Assembly (NCBI GenBank): GCA_965209205.1
Contig: CBDBQC010000003.1
Span: forward strand, 897,872 to 961,871
Direction: 5' to 3'
From: Dehalococcoidia bacterium
Lineage (GTDB): Bacteria > Chloroflexota > Dehalococcoidia > Bin125
DNA: 64,000 nucleotides
Both the position numbers and the translations under genes were made by a program. This document shows, piece by piece, positions 36,760 to 45,369 of this stretch (its first letter is position 1; each line of letters opens with the position of its first letter). The notes below the pieces were generated by a model that did not search any database, was not told the DNA's origin, and saw only the letters and a list, made by a program, of their open reading frames with translations.

Positions 36760-38076
36760 TCACGTGCACATCCGTCGCACGATCTCGTAGGTCAGCTCGA
36801 CGCCCATGTTGAGGTTCTCGACCGTCAGGAATTCGTCGTTGCCGTGGAAGCCCGCCGCCTCCTCGGGGCTCAGCAGGCAGGGGATGAAGCCGTAGGCGGG
36901 GATGCCCTTGGCGCGCAGGAAGCGATTGTCGGTGCCGCCGGCGCACAGGTTGGGCGCCACCACCGCATCCTCCGAGGCCTGCTTCAGCACCGACTCGATC
37001 GTGCGGTATAACTCCGTGTCCCAGGGGATCGGCTCGGGCACAGCCTGGCCCCAGTCGGTGTAGAAGCCCACCTCGACCCGCGGGTCGTCGACCACCGCCG
37101 CCACCTCCCGCCGCCACGCCTCGCGATCCTGGCTGGGCAGCAGCCGGCAGTCGATCACGGCCGTGCTCTCCGCCGGGATCACGTTGGCCTTGATGCCGCT
37201 GCGGATCATCGTGATGTTGAGCGTGTTCTGGAACGCCGCCTGCTGCACCGGGCTGCGCCGGATCAGCGCCTCCAACTCGGCCTCCGACGCCGTGGCCGGC
37301 ATCAGCCCCTCGTCCTGCAGCCGCTCGATCGTGTAGCGCGTCTCGGGAATGAATTCGAGCGGACGCTCCCAGTCGGCCAGGCGCTGCAGCGCGCGCGTCA
37401 GGTGCACCGCCGAGTTGTCGGCGTGCGGCCGGCTGCCGTGTCCCGGCGTGCCCACCGCCCGCAACTCCAGCCAGCACATCGTCTTCTCGTTCGTCGCGAC
37501 GTTGAACAGCTCCACGTCCTGCCCCAGGAAGCGCGACGTCCCGGAGCCCCCCTCGCTCAGCTCGAACTCCACGTCGACCAACTCCGGGTGCCGCTCCGAC
37601 AGCCACTGCATGCCCCAAACGCTGCCCGCCTCCTCGTCGGGCACGGCGCAGAACACCAGGTCGCGGCGCAGGGGCGCCCCCTGCCGCTTCAGCAGCAGCA
37701 TCGTCAGCAGCTGCATCACCCCCGCGCCCTTCATGTCCACCGCCCCGCGGCCGTAGATGCGGCCCTCCTCCACCAGCCCCTCGAAGGCCGGCTTCGTCCA
37801 GTACGACTCCTCGACGGGCACCACGTCGGTGTGGTTGCAGAGCATCATCGGGCGCTTGCTGCCGTCGCCGGGCAGCGTCGCCAGCAGGATGTCGCGGCCC
37901 GGCTGCGGCTCCAGGTAGGTGCAGTCGAAGCCCTCCGCCGCCAGCAGGTCGCCCAGGAAGTGCGCCGCCGGCGCCTCCCGCCCCGGCGGGTTCGACGTGT
38001 CGATGCGCAGGTAGCGCGTCAGCACGTCGAGCGCCTCCGCGTGCACCGCCGCCCAGTCGATGGGGGTTGGGGTCAT
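36760..38076 (-). CDS. M20-family metallopeptidase (ArgE/DapE/ACY1/CPG2-like)
   Basis: HTDVVP, GRGAVDMKG and ...PDEEAGS... metal-binding motifs. Start at MTPTPIDW with RBS GGAGAA. Confidence 0.8.
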   Translation of the reverse strand: MTPTPIDWAAVHAEALDVLTRYLRIDTSNPPGREAPAAHFLGDLLAAEGFDCTYLEPQPGRDILLATLPGDGSKRPMMLCNHTDVVPVEESYWTKPAFEGLVEEGRIYGRGAVDMKGAGVMQLLTMLLLKRQGAPLRRDLVFCAVPDEEAGSVWGMQWLSERHPELVDVEFELSEGGSGTSRFLGQDVELFNVATNEKTMCWLELRAVGTPGHGSRPHADNSAVHLTRALQRLADWERPLEFIPETRYTIERLQDEGLMPATASEAELEALIRRSPVQQAAFQNTLNITMIRSGIKANVIPAESTAVIDCRLLPSQDREAWRREVAAVVDDPRVEVGFYTDWGQAVPEPIPWDTELYRTIESVLKQASEDAVVAPNLCAGGTDNRFLRAKGIPAYGFIPCLLSPEEAAGFHGNDEFLTVENLNMGVELTYEIVRRMCT

Positions 38077-38152
38077 GCCGTCGTTCTCCGTTGGTCGCTG
38101 TGGTCGGCCCGCTGCCCGCGACGCTACCACCATCCGCGTCCGCGGGAGAGCG

Positions 38153-38977
38153 TCACTCGGTGAACCCAGGGAGACGCCTTTGCCCCGTGGGCTCCACCCG
38201 ACTGATCTTTCTGAAGAAATCCGTGCCGCGGGGATTCTTGCTGGCGAAGACGAGGTGATAGATGGTCGATCGCTTCGTGTTCAGGATGCGGCTGTCGTCA
38301 TCGACGTGCGAGTAGTTGATGCCCTTGAGTTGGCGTTCATACATGTCGAGCAACGCGCGGGTGATCGATGCTGTGGGCTCATCGCGGAGCGCGAGGTACT
38401 CGTCAGTGCCCATGAAACGCTCAAGGTCCGATCCCTTCCCGAAGCCGGGTTGATAGAGGAACCGCTTGGCGAAGTTCGTCATGAATGTGACGATCAGGTC
38501 GAGTGGGATCTCCGCCGAGAGCCTCCGGACGGACTCGAAACTGATCTGATATCCGAATGGATCGAGGACCGCCAGGCCGAGGGTTCCGCCGCCAGGCCCG
38601 CGGGGAAAGAGGAACTCGCGGGCTCTCGCCGGTGCCTCGTTGCAGTCCAGGCACTCGACTCGCACTCGCCCAGGATCCTCGTCTGCGGTCCTGGCCTTCA
38701 GCGCTTCGACGACAGCCGGGTCGGAGTCGCTCAGGAACACCTTGGCGAACGGGGCCTTCACTGCCAGCAGCGCCGAGCCGCGTGATTCGTCACCCGAGTC
38801 CTTGTTGATGTTGATTCCCGGCCCAGCGAAGAGATCCGCGTAGACAAGGTCCGTCCACCTGTCCTTCATGCCCTTCGTGAAGATGTCGATATAGCGCTCG
38901 ACGTAGAAGAGCTTGTCTTCGCTCCACGGCTCGACCTCATGCGCGGCATGGCCGTCCGAGGCCTCAACCAGCGTCAC
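38153..38977 (-). CDS. TcmP-like 'three-Cys-motif partner' protein (uncharacterised)
   Basis: 274 aa. GTG start overlaps the stop of the upstream DUF5131 gene (GTGA). No recognisable catalytic family; contains a DLFAGPG Gly-rich motif. GC ~57%, clearly below background. Pairing with a DUF5131/three-Cys protein is the defining genomic context of the TcmP family (from memory of TIGRFAM/NCBI family descriptions). Confidence 0.5.
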   Translation of the reverse strand: MTLVEASDGHAAHEVEPWSEDKLFYVERYIDIFTKGMKDRWTDLVYADLFAGPGININKDSGDESRGSALLAVKAPFAKVFLSDSDPAVVEALKARTADEDPGRVRVECLDCNEAPARAREFLFPRGPGGGTLGLAVLDPFGYQISFESVRRLSAEIPLDLIVTFMTNFAKRFLYQPGFGKGSDLERFMGTDEYLALRDEPTASITRALLDMYERQLKGINYSHVDDDSRILNTKRSTIYHLVFASKNPRGTDFFRKISRVEPTGQRRLPGFTE

Positions 38978-39711
38978 GCTTGCGCTCCCACCGCCGGCAG
39001 CTCATCCCACGTTCGACCATCGAGCACACGGCCCGACGCCTTCTTGCCGCGGCGCACGCCCGCCTCATCATGGGCGCCCCACTGCTTGAAGAAGAACGGC
39101 ACGCCCGCCGCCGCGCACTGATCCCGCACCGAGGTCGCCCACGACAGCTGCATCGGTCGTGCGCCGGGACCGCTCTCGCCGCCGACGATCACCCAATCGA
39201 TCTTCGCGAGGTCCAGGTCCAGCGGCCCCAGCAACGGCTCGCAGGACAGGAACCGCACGGCCGCCGGCATCGCCCGCAACTCCGCGATCCGCGACGTCCA
39301 GCGCTGGTTCTCGACCGACACGCCCATCCACACGTTGTCGGGCCAGGGCAGCCGATCGGCCAGCGCACGCGCCCGCTCCGGGCGCTTCGTCAGGACCTGG
39401 AAGACGTGCCAGTGCGCCCGCCGCATGACGTCGAATACCTCCGCGACGTACTCGTCCGGCACGCCCTCGTGGAACAGGTCGCTCATGCTGTTGACGAAGA
39501 TCACGCGCGGCCGCTTCCAGGCCAGCGGCTGCTGCAACCGCTCCGGACGCAGCGTCAGGTCGAAGCCGGGCTCGTAGGGATGGCCGGGCACGCCGCGGAA
39601 TCGCTCCGCGAACGTCTCCGCGTAGCAGTGGGCGCATCCGGGCGACACCTTGGTGCAGCCCGTGACGGGGTTCCACGTCATCTGGCTCCACTCGATCTTC
39701 GTCTTGCCCAT
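38974..39711 (-). CDS. DUF5131 family protein (phage Gp37/Gp68-like, three-Cys motif)
   Basis: MGKTKIEWSQMTWNPVTGCTKVSPGCAHCYAETFAERF... gives a C-x7-C-x2-C cluster near the N-terminus, a hallmark of Gp37/Gp68 (PF07505) proteins. RBS GGAGGA. Confidence 0.65.
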   Translation of the reverse strand: MGKTKIEWSQMTWNPVTGCTKVSPGCAHCYAETFAERFRGVPGHPYEPGFDLTLRPERLQQPLAWKRPRVIFVNSMSDLFHEGVPDEYVAEVFDVMRRAHWHVFQVLTKRPERARALADRLPWPDNVWMGVSVENQRWTSRIAELRAMPAAVRFLSCEPLLGPLDLDLAKIDWVIVGGESGPGARPMQLSWATSVRDQCAAAGVPFFFKQWGAHDEAGVRRGKKASGRVLDGRTWDELPAVGAQA

Positions 39712-39732
39712 CGCGGATCCTCCCCGGGACAA

Positions 39733-39744
39733 GAACATACGTTC
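39733..39744. promoter_or_regulatory. Cheo/LexA-type SOS box GAACATACGTTC
   Basis: Perfect GAAC-N4-GTTC inverted repeat (context aAGAACATACGTTCCt), ~20 nt upstream of the DUF5131 start and ~137 nt upstream of the divergent lhr start. A TTATCCACT DnaA-box-like 9-mer lies ~25 nt further on (~39767). Coordinates +/-2. Confidence 0.5.
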
Positions 39745-39880
39745 CTGTCGTGCGTCTGTCCACATGTTATCCACTACTGCCGACACCGTATCCTGTCGTG
39801 GTCGTCCCGCTCGATCGTCGCCCTGCGACCATGGGCCGCGCAGGTCCCCCGACGCCTGCTACAGTGACCGACTAGAACAC

Positions 39881-42800
39881 ATGGTCCAAACCACCGAGCC
39901 CCCCGCTGCCACTCCTCCGCCCGACGTGGCCCCGGTCCTGCGCGACTTCCACCCCGCCGTCCAGGCCTGGTTCCTGCGCCACTTCGCCGCCCCCACCGAC
40001 GCTCAGACCGACGGCTGGCCGCACATCCGCGCCCGCCGCGACGTGCTGATCGCCGCGCCCACCGGGTCGGGCAAGACGCTGGCCGCCTTCCTGGCCGGCA
40101 TCGACGCCCTCATCCGCAAGGCCGAGGCCGGGCTGCTCGACGACCAGATCGAGATCCTCTACGTCTCGCCGCTCAAGGCGCTTGGGGCCGACATCCATCG
40201 CAACCTGGAGGCGCCGCTGGCGGAGATCAACGCCATCGCGGCCGAGCTGGGTTACGAGCTGCCGCCCATCCGCGTCGCCGTGCGCAGCGGCGACACGACC
40301 CCCTCGCAGCGGCAGACGATCACCAGGCACCCGCCCCACATCCTGATCACCACCCCCGAGTCGCTCTACCTGATGCTCACGGCGGCCAAGGCCCGCCCCA
40401 CCCTGCGGCACGTCCGCACCCTCATCGTCGACGAGATCCACGCCCTCGTCCGCGACCGGCGCGGCAGCCATATGGCGCTCAGCGTCGCCCGGCTCGACCA
40501 CGTTGCCGACGAGCGCCCGGCCCGCATCGGCCTCTCGGCCACGCAGCGGCCGATCGACGAGATCGCGCGCTTCCTCGTCGGGCCGGAGCGCGCCGCCGGG
40601 GACGGCGCCCCCGACGTTGGGCCCGGCTGCGTCATCGTCGACCGCGGCCACCAGCGCGACCTCGACCTCAGCATCGAGCTGCCGAACTCGGAGATGACGG
40701 CCGTCGCCTCGCACGAGCAGTGGGCCGAGGTCTACGACCGCCTGGCCGCGCTGATCGCCGGCCACCGCACGACGCTGATCTTCGTCAACACGCGCCGCCT
40801 GGCCGAGCGCGTCGCCCACCACCTGGCCGAGCGGGTCGGCGAGGAGCACGTCGCCAGCCACCACGGCTCGCTCTCGAGGGAGCGCCGCCTGCAGATGGAG
40901 CAGCGCCTCAAGAGCGGCGACCTGCGCGCGCTCGTCGCGACCGCCTCGCTGGAGCTGGGTATCGACATCGGCTCCATCGACCTCGTCTGCCAGCTGGCCT
41001 CGCCCCGCGCCATCAGCACTTTCCTGCAGCGCGTCGGCCGCTCCGGGCACGCCCTGGGCCTGACGCCGCGCGGCAAGCTCTTCCCCACCACCCGCGACGA
41101 GCTGGTCGAGTGCGCCGCCCTGGTGCGCGCCGTGCGCGCCGGCCGCCTCGACCGCGTCCAGCAGCCCGTCGCCCCGCTCGACGTGCTGGCGCAGCAGATC
41201 GTCGCCGAGACCGCCTGCGAGGACTGGCCGGCCGACGCCCTCTTCGGCCTCGTGCGCCGCGCCGCCCCCTACCGCGATCTCGCCCGCGACGACTTCGACG
41301 ACGTGGTGGCCATGCTGCGCGACGGCGTCGGCGAGAGCGGCGGCCGCGCCCACCCCCTCATCCACCACGACCGCATCAACGGCGTCATCCGCGCCCGCCG
41401 CGGCGCGCGCATGAAGGCGCTCACCAACGGCGGCACGATCCCGGAGTTGGGCGACTACCGCGTCGTCGCCGAGCCCGACGGCACGTTCGTCGGGACGGTC
41501 AACGAGGACTGGGCCATCGAGAGCATGGCCGGCGACATCTTCCTGCTCGGCACGACCTCCTGGCGCATCAAGCGCGTCGAATCCGGGACCGTGCGCGTCG
41601 AGAACGCGCAGGGCGCGCCGCCCACGATCCCCTTCTGGCTGGGCGAGGCGCCCGGCCGCACCGTCGAGCTCTCGGCCGAGGTGAGCGCCCTGCGGCGCGA
41701 CATCGCCGCCGGCCTCGGCGATCTCGAGGCGACGACCGAGCTGCTGCGCGAGGAGTGCGGCCTCGACGCCCTCGGCGCCGCGCAGCTCCTGGACTACGTG
41801 CGCGCGGCCAGCGTCGCGCTCGGCGTCGTGCCCTCCGATACCGACGTCGTGTTCGAGCGCTTCTTCGACGAGGCGGGCGACCAGCATCTCGTCGTGCACG
41901 CCCCCTTCGGCGCGCGGATCAACCGCGCCTGGGGCCTCGCCCTGCGCAAGCGCTTCTGCGTGCGCTTCGACTTCGAGCTGCAGGCCGCCGCCAACGATGA
42001 CGCCATCGTGCTCTCGATCGGCCCCGCGCAGTCGTTCCCGCTCGAGGAGGTCTTCGGCTACCTCACGGCGGCCGCCGCCGAACCGGCGCTGTCGCAGGCC
42101 ATCCTCTACGTGCCGCAGTGGGGCACGCGCTGGCGCTGGAACGCGACCCGCGCCCTCGCCGTCGAGCGGCAGCGCGGCGGCAAGAAGGTGCCGCCGCAAC
42201 TCCAGCGCATGCGCGCCGACGACCTCCTGGCCGCCGTGTTCCCGGCCCAGGTCGGTTGCCAGGAGAACGTTACCGGCCCCCTCGACTACCCCGACCACCC
42301 GCTCGTCCGGCAGTCGCGCGAGGACTGCCTGCGCGAGTGGATGGACACCGACGGCCTCGTCGCCACGCTGGCCCGCATCGAGGCCGGCGCGATCGCGCTG
42401 CACGCGCGCGACAGCGTCGAGCCCTCGCCCATGGCGCACGAGATCCTCAACGGCAAGCCGTACACCTTCCTCGACGACGCCCCCCTCGAGGAGCGGCGCA
42501 CGCGCGCCGTCATGCTGCGCCACGCCCTGCCCGGCGACGCGCGCGACCTCGCCGCCCTCGACCCCGCCGCCATCGCCCGCGTGCGCGAGGAGGCTTGGCC
42601 GGTCCCCCGCGACGCCGAGGAGGTCCACGATGTCCTGCTCTCGCTCGTCGTGCTCTCCGACCGCCACGTGGCCGGCTGGGAGCCCTGGCTCGACGACCTC
42701 GCCGGGCGGGGCCGGGCCGCCGTCGTCGAGCCCGCCGGCAGCCTCCCCGGAGCGGCGCCCCGGCACTGGTTCGCCGCCGAGAACCTCCCGCTCATCGAGT

Positions 42801-44395
42801 TGCTGTTCCCGGGCGGGCGCATCGCCCCGCCGCTCTCGCTCCCGTTTGGCGCCGCCGCCGCCGTCGCCGACCGCGACGACGCCCGCGCGCGCCTGCTGCG
42901 CGGCCACTGCGAGGTGCTGGGCCCCGTCACCGCCGCGGCGCTCGCGGGCCGCTGCGGCCTGCGGGCCGAGGACGTCGAGCGCGGGCTCGTCCAGGTCGAG
43001 GCCGCCGGTCATGTGCTGCGCGGTCGCTTCACGCCGTCCGGCGTCGCGAGCGGCCCGCTGCCGACCCCCGGAGCTCCGGGCATCCCCCCCGACGCCCCCG
43101 ATGAGTTCTGCGACCGCCGTCTCCTGGCGCGCATCCATCGCTACACCCTCGACTTCCTGCGCAAGCAGATCGAGCCCGTCGGCGCGCGCGACTTCATGCG
43201 CTTCCTGCTGCGCTGGCAGCACTGCGCGCCCGACACCCGGCTGACCGGCAAGCAGGGCCTGCGCGCCGTGGTCGAGCGGCTGCAGGGCTTCGAGGCCCCC
43301 GCCGTCGCCTGGGAGCGCGACCTGCTCCCCGCCCGCCTGACCGACTACGACCCCGCCTGGCTCGACGAGCTCTGCCTCGACGGCACTCTGACCTGGGGCC
43401 GCCTGAGCCCCCGCAAGTCGAGCCGGGACGCCGGCCTGCCCGCCAGCCCGTCGCGCGTCATGCCCGTCAGCCTGGGCCTGCGCGCCGACTTCCCCCTGCT
43501 GCGGGCCGCCGCCGCCGGCCCCCCGGCCGACGCGACCGACGACGACGCGGCGGCGCCTCCTGGCGAGCCCGTCGCGGGCGCGTCGCGCGTCGTGCTCGAC
43601 TTGCTGCGCGAGCGCGGGGCGCTCTTCTTCGACGAGATCGTCAACGGCAGCCGCCGCCTGGCCAGCGAGGTGGAGGCCGCCCTGCGCGACCTCGTCGCCC
43701 GGGGGCTCGTCCACGCCGACGGCTACGAGGGCCTACGCCACCTGGCCGGCAAGCGCCGCGGGAGTGCGGGACGGCGTCGGGGGCGCTCGCGCTACGCCGG
43801 CGGCCGTTTCGCCGGCGGCGGTCCCGCCGGGCGCTGGGCCGCCGTCGGCGCCGCCCCCGCCGGCCTCGACGCCGAGGACCTGGCCCAAGGCACGGCCGAG
43901 ATCCTGCTGGCCCGCTACGGCGTCATCTTCCGCGACCTCCTGGCCCGCGAGAGCATCACCGTCCCCTGGCGCAACGTCCTCAAGGCGCTGCGACGCATGG
44001 AGGCCCGCGGCCAGGTGCGCGGCGGTCGCTTCGTGGCCGGATTCGTCGGCGAGCAGTACGCCCTGCCCGAGGCCGTCGAGGCGCTGCGCGCCGTCCGCCG
44101 CCGCGAGCAGGGCGGCGAGCGCGTCTACCTCAGCGCCGTCGACCCCTGCAACCTCGTCGGCATCGTCCTGCCCGGCGGCCGCATCACCGCGCGCGCCGGC
44201 GACGCCCTGACCCTGGTCGACGGCGCCCTCCCCGACGATGCGGAGACCGTGGGGTGCATCCCCTGGCCGCACCGCCCCGACCAGGTCGTCGCGACCCCCC
44301 GCGCCGACCTCGCCCCGGCCGCCCCCCGGCCCGGCGCGACGCCCGGCGGCAAGGCCGCGCGCCGCGCCGTCAATCGCGTCACCGGCCGTTCCTGA
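39881..44395 (+). CDS. lhr: ATP-dependent DNA helicase Lhr (large helicase-related, long form)
   Basis: 1504 aa. Walker A APTGSGKTL, DEIH box, helicase C motifs, then the Lhr-specific WH/beta-barrel region and a long C-terminal extension. Confidence 0.85.
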   Translation: MVQTTEPPAATPPPDVAPVLRDFHPAVQAWFLRHFAAPTDAQTDGWPHIRARRDVLIAAPTGSGKTLAAFLAGIDALIRKAEAGLLDDQIEILYVSPLKALGADIHRNLEAPLAEINAIAAELGYELPPIRVAVRSGDTTPSQRQTITRHPPHILITTPESLYLMLTAAKARPTLRHVRTLIVDEIHALVRDRRGSHMALSVARLDHVADERPARIGLSATQRPIDEIARFLVGPERAAGDGAPDVGPGCVIVDRGHQRDLDLSIELPNSEMTAVASHEQWAEVYDRLAALIAGHRTTLIFVNTRRLAERVAHHLAERVGEEHVASHHGSLSRERRLQMEQRLKSGDLRALVATASLELGIDIGSIDLVCQLASPRAISTFLQRVGRSGHALGLTPRGKLFPTTRDELVECAALVRAVRAGRLDRVQQPVAPLDVLAQQIVAETACEDWPADALFGLVRRAAPYRDLARDDFDDVVAMLRDGVGESGGRAHPLIHHDRINGVIRARRGARMKALTNGGTIPELGDYRVVAEPDGTFVGTVNEDWAIESMAGDIFLLGTTSWRIKRVESGTVRVENAQGAPPTIPFWLGEAPGRTVELSAEVSALRRDIAAGLGDLEATTELLREECGLDALGAAQLLDYVRAASVALGVVPSDTDVVFERFFDEAGDQHLVVHAPFGARINRAWGLALRKRFCVRFDFELQAAANDDAIVLSIGPAQSFPLEEVFGYLTAAAAEPALSQAILYVPQWGTRWRWNATRALAVERQRGGKKVPPQLQRMRADDLLAAVFPAQVGCQENVTGPLDYPDHPLVRQSREDCLREWMDTDGLVATLARIEAGAIALHARDSVEPSPMAHEILNGKPYTFLDDAPLEERRTRAVMLRHALPGDARDLAALDPAAIARVREEAWPVPRDAEEVHDVLLSLVVLSDRHVAGWEPWLDDLAGRGRAAVVEPAGSLPGAAPRHWFAAENLPLIELLFPGGRIAPPLSLPFGAAAAVADRDDARARLLRGHCEVLGPVTAAALAGRCGLRAEDVERGLVQVEAAGHVLRGRFTPSGVASGPLPTPGAPGIPPDAPDEFCDRRLLARIHRYTLDFLRKQIEPVGARDFMRFLLRWQHCAPDTRLTGKQGLRAVVERLQGFEAPAVAWERDLLPARLTDYDPAWLDELCLDGTLTWGRLSPRKSSRDAGLPASPSRVMPVSLGLRADFPLLRAAAAGPPADATDDDAAAPPGEPVAGASRVVLDLLRERGALFFDEIVNGSRRLASEVEAALRDLVARGLVHADGYEGLRHLAGKRRGSAGRRRGRSRYAGGRFAGGGPAGRWAAVGAAPAGLDAEDLAQGTAEILLARYGVIFRDLLARESITVPWRNVLKALRRMEARGQVRGGRFVAGFVGEQYALPEAVEALRAVRRREQGGERVYLSAVDPCNLVGIVLPGGRITARAGDALTLVDGALPDDAETVGCIPWPHRPDQVVATPRADLAPAAPRPGATPGGKAARRAVNRVTGRS

Positions 44396-44411
44396 GCCCC
44401 CGCCCCGGGCG

Positions 44412-45227
44412 TCAGCGCGCGTAGCTCCGCGCCAGCGACTCCGCCGGATCCGCCTCGATCCCCAGCGACGCGATCGGGTAGCGCAGCCCGTTGCGGTCCA
44501 GCGCCGCCAGCCCCTCGATCGCCTTCGGCAGGTAGCGCGGCGGGATCGCCATCAGCAGCTCGTCGTCCTGCACGCCGCCGAAACGGCGCTCCGCGAAGCA
44601 CGGGATCGACACGCTGGGCTCGCCCGTCCGCAGCGCCCGCCCCCACGAGTCGGCGCAGGCCGACTCCCCCACGCAGGAGAACTCCAGCTTCTTGTAGCCG
44701 CGGAACTGCAGCGCGTTGATCAGGATGATGATCTGGCCCGGCGTCGCGTAGATCAGCGCGATGTCCGGCGGGTCGAGCCGCCCGGTCGCCAGCGGCGACA
44801 CCGCCAGCGCCGTGTACCGCCCCGACGGCAGGCAGTCCATCGCCTGCTGATGCGCGATGGCGTCGGCGTCCGTCGCGAACCACACGCCCGACATGTTCGT
44901 GCTGCGCCGCCAGTCGGGCTCCTGCGGGTAGAGGCCCACCGGCGCGCCGCATTGCGGCCCCACCAGGTCGTCCATCGTCACGCCGACCGTGCGATTCAGC
45001 CATCGCGCCTGCGCCACGATCTGGTCCAGCGCGTACTTGCGGTCGGGCCGGCGGATGCGCGTCACCGCCTCCATCCCGGCGACGGTCTCGAACAACTTCA
45101 TCCCCACCGGCGTCGCCTTGATCCGCAGGTAGCGCGTCAGCCCGTCGACCAGCGCCGCCCAGTCGTACGACGCCGGCTCCGGCGGCGCGTCCTCCGCCAC
45201 CCCAATCGCGACGGTCTCGTTCGGCAT
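44412..45227 (-). CDS. DUF169 domain protein
   Basis: Start MPNETVAIG with RBS GGAGGTG; ~272 aa. The ORF-track N-terminal extension is spurious. Confidence 0.5.
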   Translation of the reverse strand: MPNETVAIGVAEDAPPEPASYDWAALVDGLTRYLRIKATPVGMKLFETVAGMEAVTRIRRPDRKYALDQIVAQARWLNRTVGVTMDDLVGPQCGAPVGLYPQEPDWRRSTNMSGVWFATDADAIAHQQAMDCLPSGRYTALAVSPLATGRLDPPDIALIYATPGQIIILINALQFRGYKKLEFSCVGESACADSWGRALRTGEPSVSIPCFAERRFGGVQDDELLMAIPPRYLPKAIEGLAALDRNGLRYPIASLGIEADPAESLARSYAR

Positions 45228-45369
45228 CTGACACCTCCCTGCTTCTCGGCCGTCCGTCTGGCGCCGTGCGGGCCCGCTTCGGTCCGGCGAGGCTAGCAGC
45301 GACTGCCGCCACCTGACGCCCGGAGTAGAATCGGGAGGGCCTTCGGGCCGGCGAGAGGAGCCACGAGCC

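Noticed and set aside
39872-43714. Very long antisense ORFs, such as the 1280-aa ORF opposite lhr, the 941-aa ORF at 26318-29143 (-), the 720-aa ORF at 8142-10304 (+), the 1136-aa ORF at 9295-12705 (-) and the 894/505-aa overlaps at 11865-13382.
   Set aside because: They are Arg/Ala/Gly/Pro-rich low-complexity translations typical of stop-codon-poor 70% GC DNA. Each lies opposite or out of frame with a gene that has clear family signatures.
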